Positions 9,656-18,321 of a DNA stretch of 64,000 bases are shown here, piece after piece. A model generated the notes under the pieces. That model had not been told where the DNA came from. It made no database searches and saw nothing but the letters and a program-made list of their open reading frames with translations. Both the position numbers and the translations under genes were made by a program. Every line of letters starts with the position of its first letter. The stretch's first letter is position 1. The stretch is from positions 166,254 through 230,253 of the IMG/VR virus record IMGVR_UViG_3300032770_000002; one strand, 5' to 3'.

Positions 9656-10075
9656 ATGCCGAGTTTAGCTCGAGTCGTCATCAACATTTTCGAGGCATGT
9701 TACTGCCAAGCCTCTGGCGAGGAGGTCGTCAACTACCTGCTTGACATTGGCACGTCACATGGCGGATTTTTGCCAAAAACCTTGCGTGACATCGCCGGCC
9801 GTGACTTTGAGTTGACGTCAGTTCCCATTGACGACCTGCTCAGGTCCGATGACAAGTTCGCTGAATTTTATCGCAAGACCAAGCGGCCAGACCCAAACAA
9901 ACCTTACCAGCCGCGTGATTTAAGGCAGACCGACAAGGGTGAGCCGGTGGAGGCTGAGGACTTGATTGACTCGCCAGTCGTTGTCATTGATGGGAAGCTC
10001 CGTGACGGGTGGCACAGAACGGCCGGAAAATTGGACAGGGGTGACAAGAAGGTCTTGGCATACGTAGCAAAATGA
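9656..10075 (+). CDS. ParB/Srx-like domain protein
   Basis: VPIDDL...PVVVIDGKLRDGWHR...VLAYV (DGxHR motif). Confidence 0.55.
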   Translation: MPSLARVVINIFEACYCQASGEEVVNYLLDIGTSHGGFLPKTLRDIAGRDFELTSVPIDDLLRSDDKFAEFYRKTKRPDPNKPYQPRDLRQTDKGEPVEAEDLIDSPVVVIDGKLRDGWHRTAGKLDRGDKKVLAYVAK

Positions 10076-10668
10076 AAGCACGCGACATCATCGATTCGGT
10101 CACACCAGAGCGGGCGTGTGTTCAGTGCGAAATTGAACACGGCATTTACGACAAGTCAGACCCTAACAAGTCACATGGCTCGTGCCGGCGTCACCTTGAA
10201 CAGTGGGCAAGGGAACAAGGATTGACTGACGCCCAAGTTGATGAGATCATGCGTGAGACCAAGTCTTACCCACCGGACTTGGGGCCAGTTCGTGAAGCCT
10301 TAGAAAGGGCTTGTTCGCAGTGCGAAAAGGACCACGGGATTCGAAGCCACGGTAAAAGCCACGGGCTCTGCAAGCGGCATACCATTGAGTGGGCCAGGGA
10401 AGGCGGAGTCTCCGAACCTGAGATTGAGGCCATCGTTCGTGAAGTTGACGCTGGTAGTGGCTTTCCAGAGGACCTTGGGCCAGTCAAGAAGGATGAGGAC
10501 CTTGAAAAACAGTGCCTCTACTGTGGGCGGCTATTTGACCCGCAGTCAAACCAGTGGGTCGACGCAAAACCTAGGGACCCGAATAACGTCAGTCACGGCT
10601 ACTGCCCTGATTGTTTGGAGAAGTCCAAGCAACAGGTTCGGTCTATGTTTGGAACGGAGCGCCGTTGA
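10072..10668 (+). CDS. protein with three CxxC...SHGxCxx(H/C) zinc-binding repeats
   Basis: ACVQCE..SHGSCRRH; ACSQCE..SHGLCKRH; QCLYCG..SHGYCPDC. Confidence 0.7.
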   Translation: MKARDIIDSVTPERACVQCEIEHGIYDKSDPNKSHGSCRRHLEQWAREQGLTDAQVDEIMRETKSYPPDLGPVREALERACSQCEKDHGIRSHGKSHGLCKRHTIEWAREGGVSEPEIEAIVREVDAGSGFPEDLGPVKKDEDLEKQCLYCGRLFDPQSNQWVDAKPRDPNNVSHGYCPDCLEKSKQQVRSMFGTERR

Positions 10669-11171
10669 ACGCCCGCAATCTTATCGACCGGTTGGTTGAA
10701 ACGTCTGACTTGACGTTTGTCCCGATGGACGCTGACGAGATCCGGCAGGTTCAGTCTATTGCCGCTGGACAGCTGGCCAACGTGGACAATCTTTACTTCA
10801 TTAACCAGGACATTACTGATTATCACAGCCTTAACATCGACATCCCGCAGGAGTATTTGCGCAAGAAGGTTGGACACGGCCTTGAATCGGGTGACGTTCA
10901 CGGCGAGTTTTACGGATTCGGTCGAATGGCCTTCACACCTTCATCTCTTTTACGGTCTGAAATTGGAAGAGTTCCAGTTGTCTCTGGCTTGCACGTCATG
11001 GTGTTAAAGAGCAGCCAAGGGTGGGTTATTGGAACCACTCGCGGAGGGTCATACGGTGGCATAACTTTTTACAAGGACCACCCGATGCATGACCTCAACG
11101 CGGCCATCCAGAAGTTCATTGCCACGCTGGAAGTCATTGCAAATGGACAAAATTCCCGGTTTGACAGCTGA
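10665..11171 (+). CDS. hypothetical protein (N-terminus NARNLIDRLVE)
   Basis: TTG 10665 overlaps the upstream TGA; N-terminal motif shared with other putative head proteins. Confidence 0.6.
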   Translation: MNARNLIDRLVETSDLTFVPMDADEIRQVQSIAAGQLANVDNLYFINQDITDYHSLNIDIPQEYLRKKVGHGLESGDVHGEFYGFGRMAFTPSSLLRSEIGRVPVVSGLHVMVLKSSQGWVIGTTRGGSYGGITFYKDHPMHDLNAAIQKFIATLEVIANGQNSRFDS

Positions 11172-12126
11172 CGAACATGTCTAGCCGCTTGGCGTAGGGC
11201 GTCAGTCTATGGAAGTCGACCCACTCCAGAAAGTTGTCCAGGTCATTCTGGTCCAAGTTGGTCAGCCCGAGATAGTCAAGGAACGTGAACATCAGCCCGT
11301 CTGGGCGCGCAAGCTGAAGGCTGCGCATAAATTCACCCGTTGAAAATTCAAAGACGCGGCGCACGCGCTTCGTCACGGTTGTGATTTCGGGCTTTACGCC
11401 CAATGACGCCCACGTCAGCTCCTTTCCAGCACACGGCCCAGACGGCCCGCCAGTCCGTATCGGATATGTCCTAAAGACGCCATAGTAGCTCCAGTCAAGT
11501 CCACCAAGCCCATTGCGCTCAACTGCAACCCTCGGCAGCGTTGAGCGTGACGTGACGTGTGGAAAGAGCCCAAAATTCGTGTCGAGCAACAGGCCTTGTG
11601 AGCACTCAAAGATGGCCAAGTTGGAACTGATGTGCGAGATCAGGTTGAAGTAGGCCTCGTTGTCAACGACGACGATGTCCTGGTTGAGTGAGAAGAAGTC
11701 ATGTTCAATGACTGACTCAACACGGCGGTGGATAAACTTCCCTGCCCGGGCCATCCCTGTCCCTGACCCAGTTGACGAAATTCGCCTTACCAGGTCGGAT
11801 TCGTCGGCCTTCATCTCAGGCATTAAGACGGCCGCGTGCTCGTGGATGTAAATCGGCTTTTTGACGGCGCGCCAGTCTCGTTGAAGAAGTTCGAGTTCGA
11901 TGACTGAGTCTGGGCCCATCAAGATCGAGTCGGCCCAAAAGCTTGAAGCCGGGATGGAGCGCGTTGACCCTTGGGTGCTCGTGTGTCCGGAGTTCGGGCC
12001 GTTTTCACCAATGACGGTCAAGTGGAGTCCCGGGTATTCAGCCCTCAGTTTCTTGGCCAAAAATTCAGCCGCTGAGGCTTTTCCTTCACTGCCATATTGC
12101 CCGCCAAAGACAACGACGTGACGCAT
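11134..12126 (-). CDS. purZ: adenylosuccinate synthetase homologue, PurZ/PurZ0-like
   Basis: GGQYGSEGK (Ser where PurA has the catalytic Asp), PNSGHT, STGSGTG, ECSQGLLLD..FPHVTSRS, RTYPIRTGGPSGP, TTVTKRVRRV, TFLDY; 330 aa. Confidence 0.75.
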   Translation of the reverse strand: MRHVVVFGGQYGSEGKASAAEFLAKKLRAEYPGLHLTVIGENGPNSGHTSTQGSTRSIPASSFWADSILMGPDSVIELELLQRDWRAVKKPIYIHEHAAVLMPEMKADESDLVRRISSTGSGTGMARAGKFIHRRVESVIEHDFFSLNQDIVVVDNEAYFNLISHISSNLAIFECSQGLLLDTNFGLFPHVTSRSTLPRVAVERNGLGGLDWSYYGVFRTYPIRTGGPSGPCAGKELTWASLGVKPEITTVTKRVRRVFEFSTGEFMRSLQLARPDGLMFTFLDYLGLTNLDQNDLDNFLEWVDFHRLTPYAKRLDMFVSCQTGNFVHLQ

Positions 12127-12150
12127 GAGCTGAAGAACGTTCTATCGACC
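12127..12150. promoter_or_regulatory. bidirectional class 2 element (palindrome AGAACGTTCT)
   Basis: GTTCTT (minus) and GTTCTA (plus) each lie exactly 6 nt before the ATGs at 12126 and 12151. Confidence 0.65.
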
Positions 12151-12663
12151 ATGCATCGTTCCATCAAGATTATCTCCGGTGGTCAGACGGGGGCCGATCG
12201 TGCTGGTTTAATTTTTGCTCGCGACAACAACATCCCGTATGGAGGCTATGTGCCTTTGCGTCGAAAGGCCGAAGACGGGGTGGTGCCGATGATCTTCACC
12301 GAGATGACTGAGTCGGCATCGTCAGATTATCGTGTCAGGACTGAGTTAAACGTGAGAGAGGCCGACTGCACGATCGTCTTTACACGCTGCCCGCTCAGTG
12401 AAGTGGCCAGCGGGTCATGGCTGACGATTGCCTTCGCAAAGAAGTATGGGAAGGAGTGGCGGCACGTTGACGTCAACAAGCCGAACATGAACGAGGTTGA
12501 CAAGTGGCTTGAGATGCTTTACGCCAGGTGGCATCACTACGGAAGCGGGCTTCAATTCACGATCAACGTCGCTGGTGGGCGCGAGTCAAAGAACCGCGGC
12601 ATTCAAGACGCGGTCCTGGCGCTGTTAAAATCATCCACATTTTTGTTTACAAATCAAGGTTAG
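12151..12663 (+). CDS. SLOG-superfamily protein (putative molybdenum-carrier / YpsA-like)
   Basis: KIISGGQTGADRAGL, YRVRTELNVREADCTIVF, INVAGGRES. Confidence 0.8.
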   Translation: MHRSIKIISGGQTGADRAGLIFARDNNIPYGGYVPLRRKAEDGVVPMIFTEMTESASSDYRVRTELNVREADCTIVFTRCPLSEVASGSWLTIAFAKKYGKEWRHVDVNKPNMNEVDKWLEMLYARWHHYGSGLQFTINVAGGRESKNRGIQDAVLALLKSSTFLFTNQG

Positions 12664-12674
12664 TGTGGTATATT
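12646..12674 (+). promoter_or_regulatory. class 1 promoter, leaderless
   Basis: TTTACA-N17-TATATT, then ATG 6 nt later (12681). Confidence 0.85.
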
Positions 12675-12680
12675 AACGGC

Positions 12681-13769
12681 ATGATACGGATTGACAACGC
12701 GCCTGTTCCAAACGTGGTCTCGGACCGCAAACTGGGCCTTGAGATCGAGATTGATCTCGGCAACAATGGGGACCTCAGCGACCTTCCAGACATTCAAGGC
12801 TGGATCAAAAAGGGTGACGGCTCGCTCACGCACGGCTACGAATACACGTTCAACGGACCGTGCACACCGTCAACATCGAAGGAACGGTGTGAACGATTCT
12901 GTCAGTCGATTAAAGATGTGAACGTTCACCGCTCTGGCGGCTTTCACGTTCATGTCCAGGGCAACAACTATTCACACGAGGACGCATACAACCTTTGCTT
13001 GATTTACACGAAATTCCAGGACGTCATCAACAAGCTTGTGGCGCCTTCTCGAGTCAGCAACACCTACTGCGAAGCCTATTCGTGGACGTCACTCCGACAT
13101 CACACTCCGGCGTCATTCGCCCAGGCCTACAATTTGACGCCGCTTGTCAGCAGTCGTGGCTCCGCGAAAAACGTGGCCAACCGCTATCGGGCAGTCAACA
13201 CGAACATGCTAGCTTGCCGTGACGAGGCCGACCGCAGCATTGAATTTCGACAGGGCAGTGTCAGCAAGCGATTTGGCGTGGTCTACGGGTGGCCTTGCTT
13301 CCTTGCGGCATTGACTGAGTTGGCCCAGTGCAAAGACCTCTTCGACGAAGTCCTTAGTGCGCGGTCCATTCAACTTCGCGACCTCTTGGCCGTGCTTCAC
13401 GCCTGGGAGTCCAAGTCCGGTTCAACGGGCGTCGCCGACTGGGTGGAGTGGCGATACAATTACCTGAATCAGAAGCCTGACGACGCTGAACTTCGCCTCG
13501 CCTTGGAAGCCATCGCTGAGAAGCCAATCGGTCTTTATGGCCTGTCTCGCAAGATCGACATCAACCTGGCCGTGACAAAGCGGATCATTGATGACCTCTT
13601 GGCCAAGGGCCTCATCTTCAAGCGGGCCAACTCGACAGCTTATGTCACGTCCTATGAGTTTAAGGCTGAGGCCGACCTGAAGCAGATGATTGAGGCTTTG
13701 AAGAGCCGAGCGGCCAGTCTTACACCGCCTCCGCCAATGCCGGCCACCCTGCCTCCGCCACAAACATGA
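12681..13769 (+). CDS. putative amidoligase (COOH-NH2 ligase) 1
   Basis: LGLEIEI, DGSL..GYE, SGGFHVHV, NTYC, RYRAVN, SIEFRQ; possible C-terminal HTH and Pro-rich tail. Confidence 0.8.
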   Translation: MIRIDNAPVPNVVSDRKLGLEIEIDLGNNGDLSDLPDIQGWIKKGDGSLTHGYEYTFNGPCTPSTSKERCERFCQSIKDVNVHRSGGFHVHVQGNNYSHEDAYNLCLIYTKFQDVINKLVAPSRVSNTYCEAYSWTSLRHHTPASFAQAYNLTPLVSSRGSAKNVANRYRAVNTNMLACRDEADRSIEFRQGSVSKRFGVVYGWPCFLAALTELAQCKDLFDEVLSARSIQLRDLLAVLHAWESKSGSTGVADWVEWRYNYLNQKPDDAELRLALEAIAEKPIGLYGLSRKIDINLAVTKRIIDDLLAKGLIFKRANSTAYVTSYEFKAEADLKQMIEALKSRAASLTPPPPMPATLPPPQT

Positions 13770-13975
13770 CGACGCTTACCCACGAACAATTCGAAGAATA
13801 CATCAAGGACCCGCTGGCCGCTGACGCTAAAGTGCGCAAGTGGTGTGACCTGCCGGAGGATCGCTACTACACTGTCTCGGTCTGGCCAATGCCGGGGATC
13901 GTTCGGCCCACCAATGTCCACCGGCCGTTGCCGCCAAAAAGATCTCCAAGTCCAATCAGAGTTGAAAATTATTAA
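13766..13975 (+). CDS. hypothetical protein
   Basis: 69-aa ORF coupled by ATGA. Confidence 0.5.
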   Translation: MTTLTHEQFEEYIKDPLAADAKVRKWCDLPEDRYYTVSVWPMPGIVRPTNVHRPLPPKRSPSPIRVENY

Positions 13976-13978
13976 GCC

Positions 13979-14239
13979 ATGCCTGATTTCATCAAGCCTA
14001 ACATCGTCGGTCGGCACTGGGCCACGCACAGCTTTAAGCACGAGAGCACGCAAATTTACCTCTGCGAGAGCTACGATCCAGCTACGGGCTACAACATGAC
14101 GAACGTCAGCGACCCGACTGACAAACACTGCATTTCAGAGCGGGCCCCAAATCGAACTTGGTGGCCGGCTGAAGACCGCGGCGAACACTGGTGGATTGAA
14201 CAGTGGTGCCGTAAAATCCCAAAGCGTAGAATCCTATGA
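13979..14239 (+). CDS. hypothetical protein
   Basis: 86-aa ORF in a co-directional run. Confidence 0.5.
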   Translation: MPDFIKPNIVGRHWATHSFKHESTQIYLCESYDPATGYNMTNVSDPTDKHCISERAPNRTWWPAEDRGEHWWIEQWCRKIPKRRIL

Positions 14240-14769
14240 TGATTATCGTTGACGTTGAGTCTGACGGGCCCTGTCCTGTTGACTATTCAATGGTGTGTTT
14301 CGGTGCCGTCGTGGTTGAAGACACCAGTCGCACATTTTTCGGTCGAACGGCCCCGTTGCCTGGCGCAAAGTGGGACCCACAGGCCCTAGCAGTTAGTGGT
14401 CACACGCGCGAAGAGCACCTAACTTTTATGCATCCTGAAACCACGATGCTCGGGTTTGAAATGTGGCTGACTAGCTTGGGCAAGACCAAGTATCAGTTTA
14501 TCTCGGATAACCCGGCCTTTGATTGGCAGTGGATCAATTACTACTTCCACCACTTTGTCGGGCATAACCCATTCGGCTTTTCAGCAAGACGCATTGGCGA
14601 TTTCTATGCCGGGCTTGTCAAGAATTGGCGGTGCGCCAATGACTGGAAGAGCCTGCGTGTAACTGAGCACACGCACCACCCGGTCGATGACGCAAAAGGA
14701 AACGCTGAAGCGTTAATGGCGATGGCCCACAAGTATTCAGCGAAGCTGCTTAAGGTGGAGTCCACGTGA
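14236..14769 (+). CDS. DEDDh 3'-5' exonuclease (RNase AS-like)
   Basis: VDVESDGP, NPAFDW, THHPVDDA. Confidence 0.82.
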   Translation: MMIIVDVESDGPCPVDYSMVCFGAVVVEDTSRTFFGRTAPLPGAKWDPQALAVSGHTREEHLTFMHPETTMLGFEMWLTSLGKTKYQFISDNPAFDWQWINYYFHHFVGHNPFGFSARRIGDFYAGLVKNWRCANDWKSLRVTEHTHHPVDDAKGNAEALMAMAHKYSAKLLKVEST

Positions 14770-15631
14770 TGGTTCCAGCAACGGGGATTCCAGCCCTGTT
14801 GTCAATGACCGGGTTCTCGTCGATGTCACGCAAGTCTACGGTCGACGTCATCAACTGCTCCAACGTGTCAGGCGCGACGACCGCGTTCAAGTTCGTGGTC
14901 ACTTGCCACAAGGCCGGCAGGACGAGGTCTTGCATGTCGACCTGGTAGCCTTCAACCCGGACTGAGAACGTCGTCTGGTATCGAATCTGCTGGCTTCCAC
15001 GGTCATCCTCAGTGGCGTCGGACACGTCGGACTCAAGGCACAGCCTGATCAGCATCACATTTTCCTCAGTCGGATACTTCGCCCTGATCCACGTCTGGGG
15101 TTGCGCCCCGTTTCGCCAGAAGCATGCCCAGACGCGCTGCATGAATAGGGCCTGAGTGTCGGGACGCAGGCACCAATACGTGACGTCCAGGTGAAAGTTC
15201 AAGCCAATCGGCCTGTTTCTGACGCGGACGTTCCCGAGGTCCTGTTTTACGACGTCATTGGAAACGGTGGGCCAGCTGATGTGGCGGGCCCGGTGGGTTG
15301 AAAATGTCCCATAGTTTCGATACGATTGGCGCCGCCGCGTGATGGAGATGAGCGGGTATCGCGCTGGCGATGGATACGGCTCGTAGAGCGGGGAGCCATT
15401 TTTGTTCTTGGCCTTGAGCAGGTAAAGGTAAGGATTGTCAGGATTGGACCACTGCTGCTTAAAGTCCGCAAAGGCGTCCATCGGCTTTGCGAAGACGACC
15501 GGGACTGGATACCCGTCAGCAACAAAGAAGTGCGTGTGGCACCACCACTGCAGAGCCAGCTCGTGGATCCGCATTGGGGTCAAGTTAAAGTCAGGCGTGA
15601 CTCCAGGGCCGGTTATGATTGGCGCGTCCAT
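14750..15631 (-). CDS. tail completion / sheath terminator protein (T4 gp15-like)
   Basis: VPVVFA..., YPLISITR, PIGLNFHLDVTYW, IRYQTTFSVRVEGY resemble gp15-family proteins. Confidence 0.55.
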   Translation of the reverse strand: MDAPIITGPGVTPDFNLTPMRIHELALQWWCHTHFFVADGYPVPVVFAKPMDAFADFKQQWSNPDNPYLYLLKAKNKNGSPLYEPYPSPARYPLISITRRRQSYRNYGTFSTHRARHISWPTVSNDVVKQDLGNVRVRNRPIGLNFHLDVTYWCLRPDTQALFMQRVWACFWRNGAQPQTWIRAKYPTEENVMLIRLCLESDVSDATEDDRGSQQIRYQTTFSVRVEGYQVDMQDLVLPALWQVTTNLNAVVAPDTLEQLMTSTVDLRDIDENPVIDNRAGIPVAGTITWTPP

Positions 15632-15651
15632 CGTTTGCTACTTAAACTACC

Positions 15652-16002
15652 ATGACAGAATTGTTGACAGGCCGATCACGGCGAGGTTCAGAACCTTGGC
15701 TAGGTGTCGACCTTGACGCTACTTTGGCCACCCACAAAGAGGGCTCTGGCATTGATTCCATCGGTGAGCCAGTGCCTGGCATGCTTGAGAAGGTTAAGCG
15801 CGCATTGCGGGCCGGACGCAAGGTGAAGGTCTTCACCGCGCGAGCGGGTGACCCTAGGCAAATTCCGCTCATTCAGCAGTGGACAGTCAAACATGGGCTT
15901 GGAAAGCTCGAAGTGACCAACGAAAAAGACGAGAACTGTGAAGAGATTTGGGACGACCGTGCCAAGAGCGTGGTTCCTAACAAAGGACGCTTTGCCAACT
16001 AG
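15652..16002 (+). CDS. HAD-superfamily phosphatase-like protein
   Basis: GVDLDATLA (DxDxT), VFTAR, K...WDDRA. Confidence 0.7.
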   Translation: MTELLTGRSRRGSEPWLGVDLDATLATHKEGSGIDSIGEPVPGMLEKVKRALRAGRKVKVFTARAGDPRQIPLIQQWTVKHGLGKLEVTNEKDENCEEIWDDRAKSVVPNKGRFAN

Positions 16003-16006
16003 ATTT

Positions 16007-17143
16007 ATGAGTGAAGAGAACCAACAGGTGCCGGAATTTGACGTTCTAACTCCAGACATTCCACTGCCGCAAGTCGTGGCGAGGCAGGAAATTGCGGATG
16101 AACGGAAGGGAGCGTTTCGATTCAGCTTTATCGGGTCTGGCCAGGGTGGCGGGAGAATTGCGGCGACATTCCGCGCCCTGGGCTACAAGCGCGTTTGCGC
16201 GATCAACACGGCGCGTCAGGACCTGGCGTCGCTCCCAGCCGACGTTAAGAAACTCGTTATCGGCGATGGAGAAGGAGGTGCTGGCAAAGACCCAGCCGTG
16301 GCGAAGGCAGCGTTTGATAAAAACGCTGAAAATGTCCTAGACCTGATGCGGGCGTCATTTGGCCAAGTGTATGACCGAACAATCATCTGTGTTGGGGCCG
16401 GCGGTGGAACTGGCGCTGGAACGGTGATCGGCCTTGTCGACAAAGCGCGTGAGCTTCAGGTTGCCAGCAAGTGTCCGACTGACAAGGTCGGCGTCATCGT
16501 TGCCCTGCCCAAGGTGACCGAAGGCCGGCGTCCAAGCATCAACGCTCACACCGTCTTGTTATCATTGGTCGCCTACGTTGAACAGGGCTTTGTCTCACCG
16601 CTTATCGTTCTTGACAACGAGCGAATGAGCTCACTCTATCCTGGGCTCGCGATCGATCCATTCTGGGACACGGCCAATCAAAGCGTCTGTCGGCTGTTTG
16701 ACCTCTTCAACATGATCTGCGTTCAAAATTCGACATACACCGCGTTCGACCCGGCTGATTACAAGTCGATCCTCGACTCAGGCCTGATCGTCTTTGGGGC
16801 CACGCCCGTCGCCAACTGGTCGGAGGCCGGCCAAATCAGCTCCGCACTGCGAGACAACTTGAAGAAAAACATTCTTGCAGGAGGTGTCAACCTGTCAACT
16901 GGAACGGTCGCCGCGGCAATCGTTATTGCTGGAAAGAGCGTCTTAAGCCAAGTGCCGCACGAGCACCTCGACCAGGCCTTCGATCAATTGACAAGGTTGT
17001 TGAAAACAAACAGCATGGTGCACCGTGGCATCTACAGCGGAAACAAGGACTCCATGGCCATTTACACCGCAATTGGCGGCCTGGCCGCACCGACTGAGAA
17101 GCTGGACGAGCTGGCCAAAATCGGCGGGATAAGCGGTAAATAA
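16007..17143 (+). CDS. tubulin/FtsZ-family GTPase (PhuZ/TubZ/CetZ-like)
   Basis: IGSGQGGGRIA, AINTA, GAGKDP, GAGGGTGAG signature, LDNE, FDPADY (T7 loop); start ATG 16007. Confidence 0.9.
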   Translation: MSEENQQVPEFDVLTPDIPLPQVVARQEIADERKGAFRFSFIGSGQGGGRIAATFRALGYKRVCAINTARQDLASLPADVKKLVIGDGEGGAGKDPAVAKAAFDKNAENVLDLMRASFGQVYDRTIICVGAGGGTGAGTVIGLVDKARELQVASKCPTDKVGVIVALPKVTEGRRPSINAHTVLLSLVAYVEQGFVSPLIVLDNERMSSLYPGLAIDPFWDTANQSVCRLFDLFNMICVQNSTYTAFDPADYKSILDSGLIVFGATPVANWSEAGQISSALRDNLKKNILAGGVNLSTGTVAAAIVIAGKSVLSQVPHEHLDQAFDQLTRLLKTNSMVHRGIYSGNKDSMAIYTAIGGLAAPTEKLDELAKIGGISGK

Positions 17144-17206
17144 TTTGTTAACAACTTAAAGTTGCAAGTTCTATCTGATGTCGTCGTAAACGTCGTAGGA
17201 CGTTTT

Positions 17207-17237
17207 GGCGGGCCGGTTTTGGCGGCCCGCCTTCTTC
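17207..17237 (+). terminator. intrinsic terminator between convergent genes
   Basis: 9-bp stem GGCGGGCCG / CGGCCCGCC followed by ttctt. Confidence 0.7.
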
Positions 17238-17239
17238 AT

Positions 17240-17440
17240 TTAGAGGCCAAGTTCGTCAGGCGTTCCCTCGATTAGCCCATCAGACCTGGTCGAGGCTTTT
17301 GGCTCCAAATTTTCAACGTCTCCATGCGTTTTCGTGTGGTCTTCGTAGCATGCAGCACAGACGTTGTCGTCACAGTGCTCACACCGGCCAATCGTCATTC
17401 TCCCGCACTCACAGCAGGGTTGTTCAAGAGCGTCTGCCAT
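17240..17440 (-). CDS. small zinc-finger protein
   Basis: CCECG..CEHC..CAAC..H. Confidence 0.55.
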   Translation of the reverse strand: MADALEQPCCECGRMTIGRCEHCDDNVCAACYEDHTKTHGDVENLEPKASTRSDGLIEGTPDELGL

Positions 17441-17455
17441 ATCAAAAATAATCTA

Positions 17456-18298
17456 CTAGTCCCTAATTGCCCGGTCGAGGACTTCTGAATAGTGGTCAAT
17501 TTGGTTGTGCTTAAACCGCCTGACCCAGGCCGGGTGGCTGACTCGCCGAATCGGTGTCAACCCTAATTTTCTCAAGCCTTCGTGGGCTACGTTGCCCATG
17601 GCGATGATCTTCAACGTTGGTTTCCAGACCATCAAAGCCTGAATCAGGTTGGCTTCAGTCGGGTGAATGATGTTTGTCCACATTAGGTCCGATTCAAGCA
17701 CGTTGCTTTTTTCAAGGGCCAAGCTAATGTAACTGGCGGCGTCCCGGTCGTCGAAAAATGGCCAATGTTCGAAGTCCAAATATCGGTTGATTTCTTCACC
17801 TACTAAGACGGCCCGCGCTCGAATGTGCCCGCTCAGATTTTTGAGCCTAGGGTCAAGGGCTTCCGGAAACTGTGAATGGCGAAGCGCCGTCATTCGTTCG
17901 ATGGCGACGCGCGGCGTGTGCGAACCTGTCCACACGATGACGTCCGGGCGTGGAGCTTGGAGTGTCTCACACTTGAGCAAGGCCTTTTGGAGCGTGCTAG
18001 ACGTGATGATGTTGACAGCTCCAAATCGAAGCATGACTCTGTCGATGGCGCGAGCGGCTGCGAGAAAATTCTCTGATGAATCGGCAAGTTCTTTAACCCA
18101 GTTTGTGCAAACAATGACGAGATGATCACACGAAAGATCAATCGATTTTCTGACGATTTCGGTCAAGTAGATAAAGCGTCTTGACGATGACGACTTATCC
18201 ACGCGAATCACACTTGACTTAACCGTCGGTCCGACCACTTTTTGAATCAAGTCAACCATTTCGTGGCTAAAGTCATCTATGCAGATCAGTCCACGCAT
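17456..18298 (-). CDS. hypothetical protein with C-terminal uracil-DNA-glycosylase-like domain
   Basis: VLVGEE..WPFF..WTN..IIAMGNVA..SHPAWVRR resembles UDG-superfamily motifs. Confidence 0.5.
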   Translation of the reverse strand: MRGLICIDDFSHEMVDLIQKVVGPTVKSSVIRVDKSSSSRRFIYLTEIVRKSIDLSCDHLVIVCTNWVKELADSSENFLAAARAIDRVMLRFGAVNIITSSTLQKALLKCETLQAPRPDVIVWTGSHTPRVAIERMTALRHSQFPEALDPRLKNLSGHIRARAVLVGEEINRYLDFEHWPFFDDRDAASYISLALEKSNVLESDLMWTNIIHPTEANLIQALMVWKPTLKIIAMGNVAHEGLRKLGLTPIRRVSHPAWVRRFKHNQIDHYSEVLDRAIRD

Positions 18299-18321
18299 GC
18301 TAGGGTAGAACGAATTTCACT

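Noticed and set aside
11134-12126. Ordinary purA auxiliary metabolic gene
   Set aside because: The catalytic Asp of GDEGKG is Ser and the protein is short, fitting PurZ/PurZ0 better.
16007-17143. Cellular ftsZ, implying a bacterial chromosome
   Set aside because: There is no dcw cluster and no FtsZ C-terminal peptide, and the surrounding genes include terminase, baseplate and tail genes.
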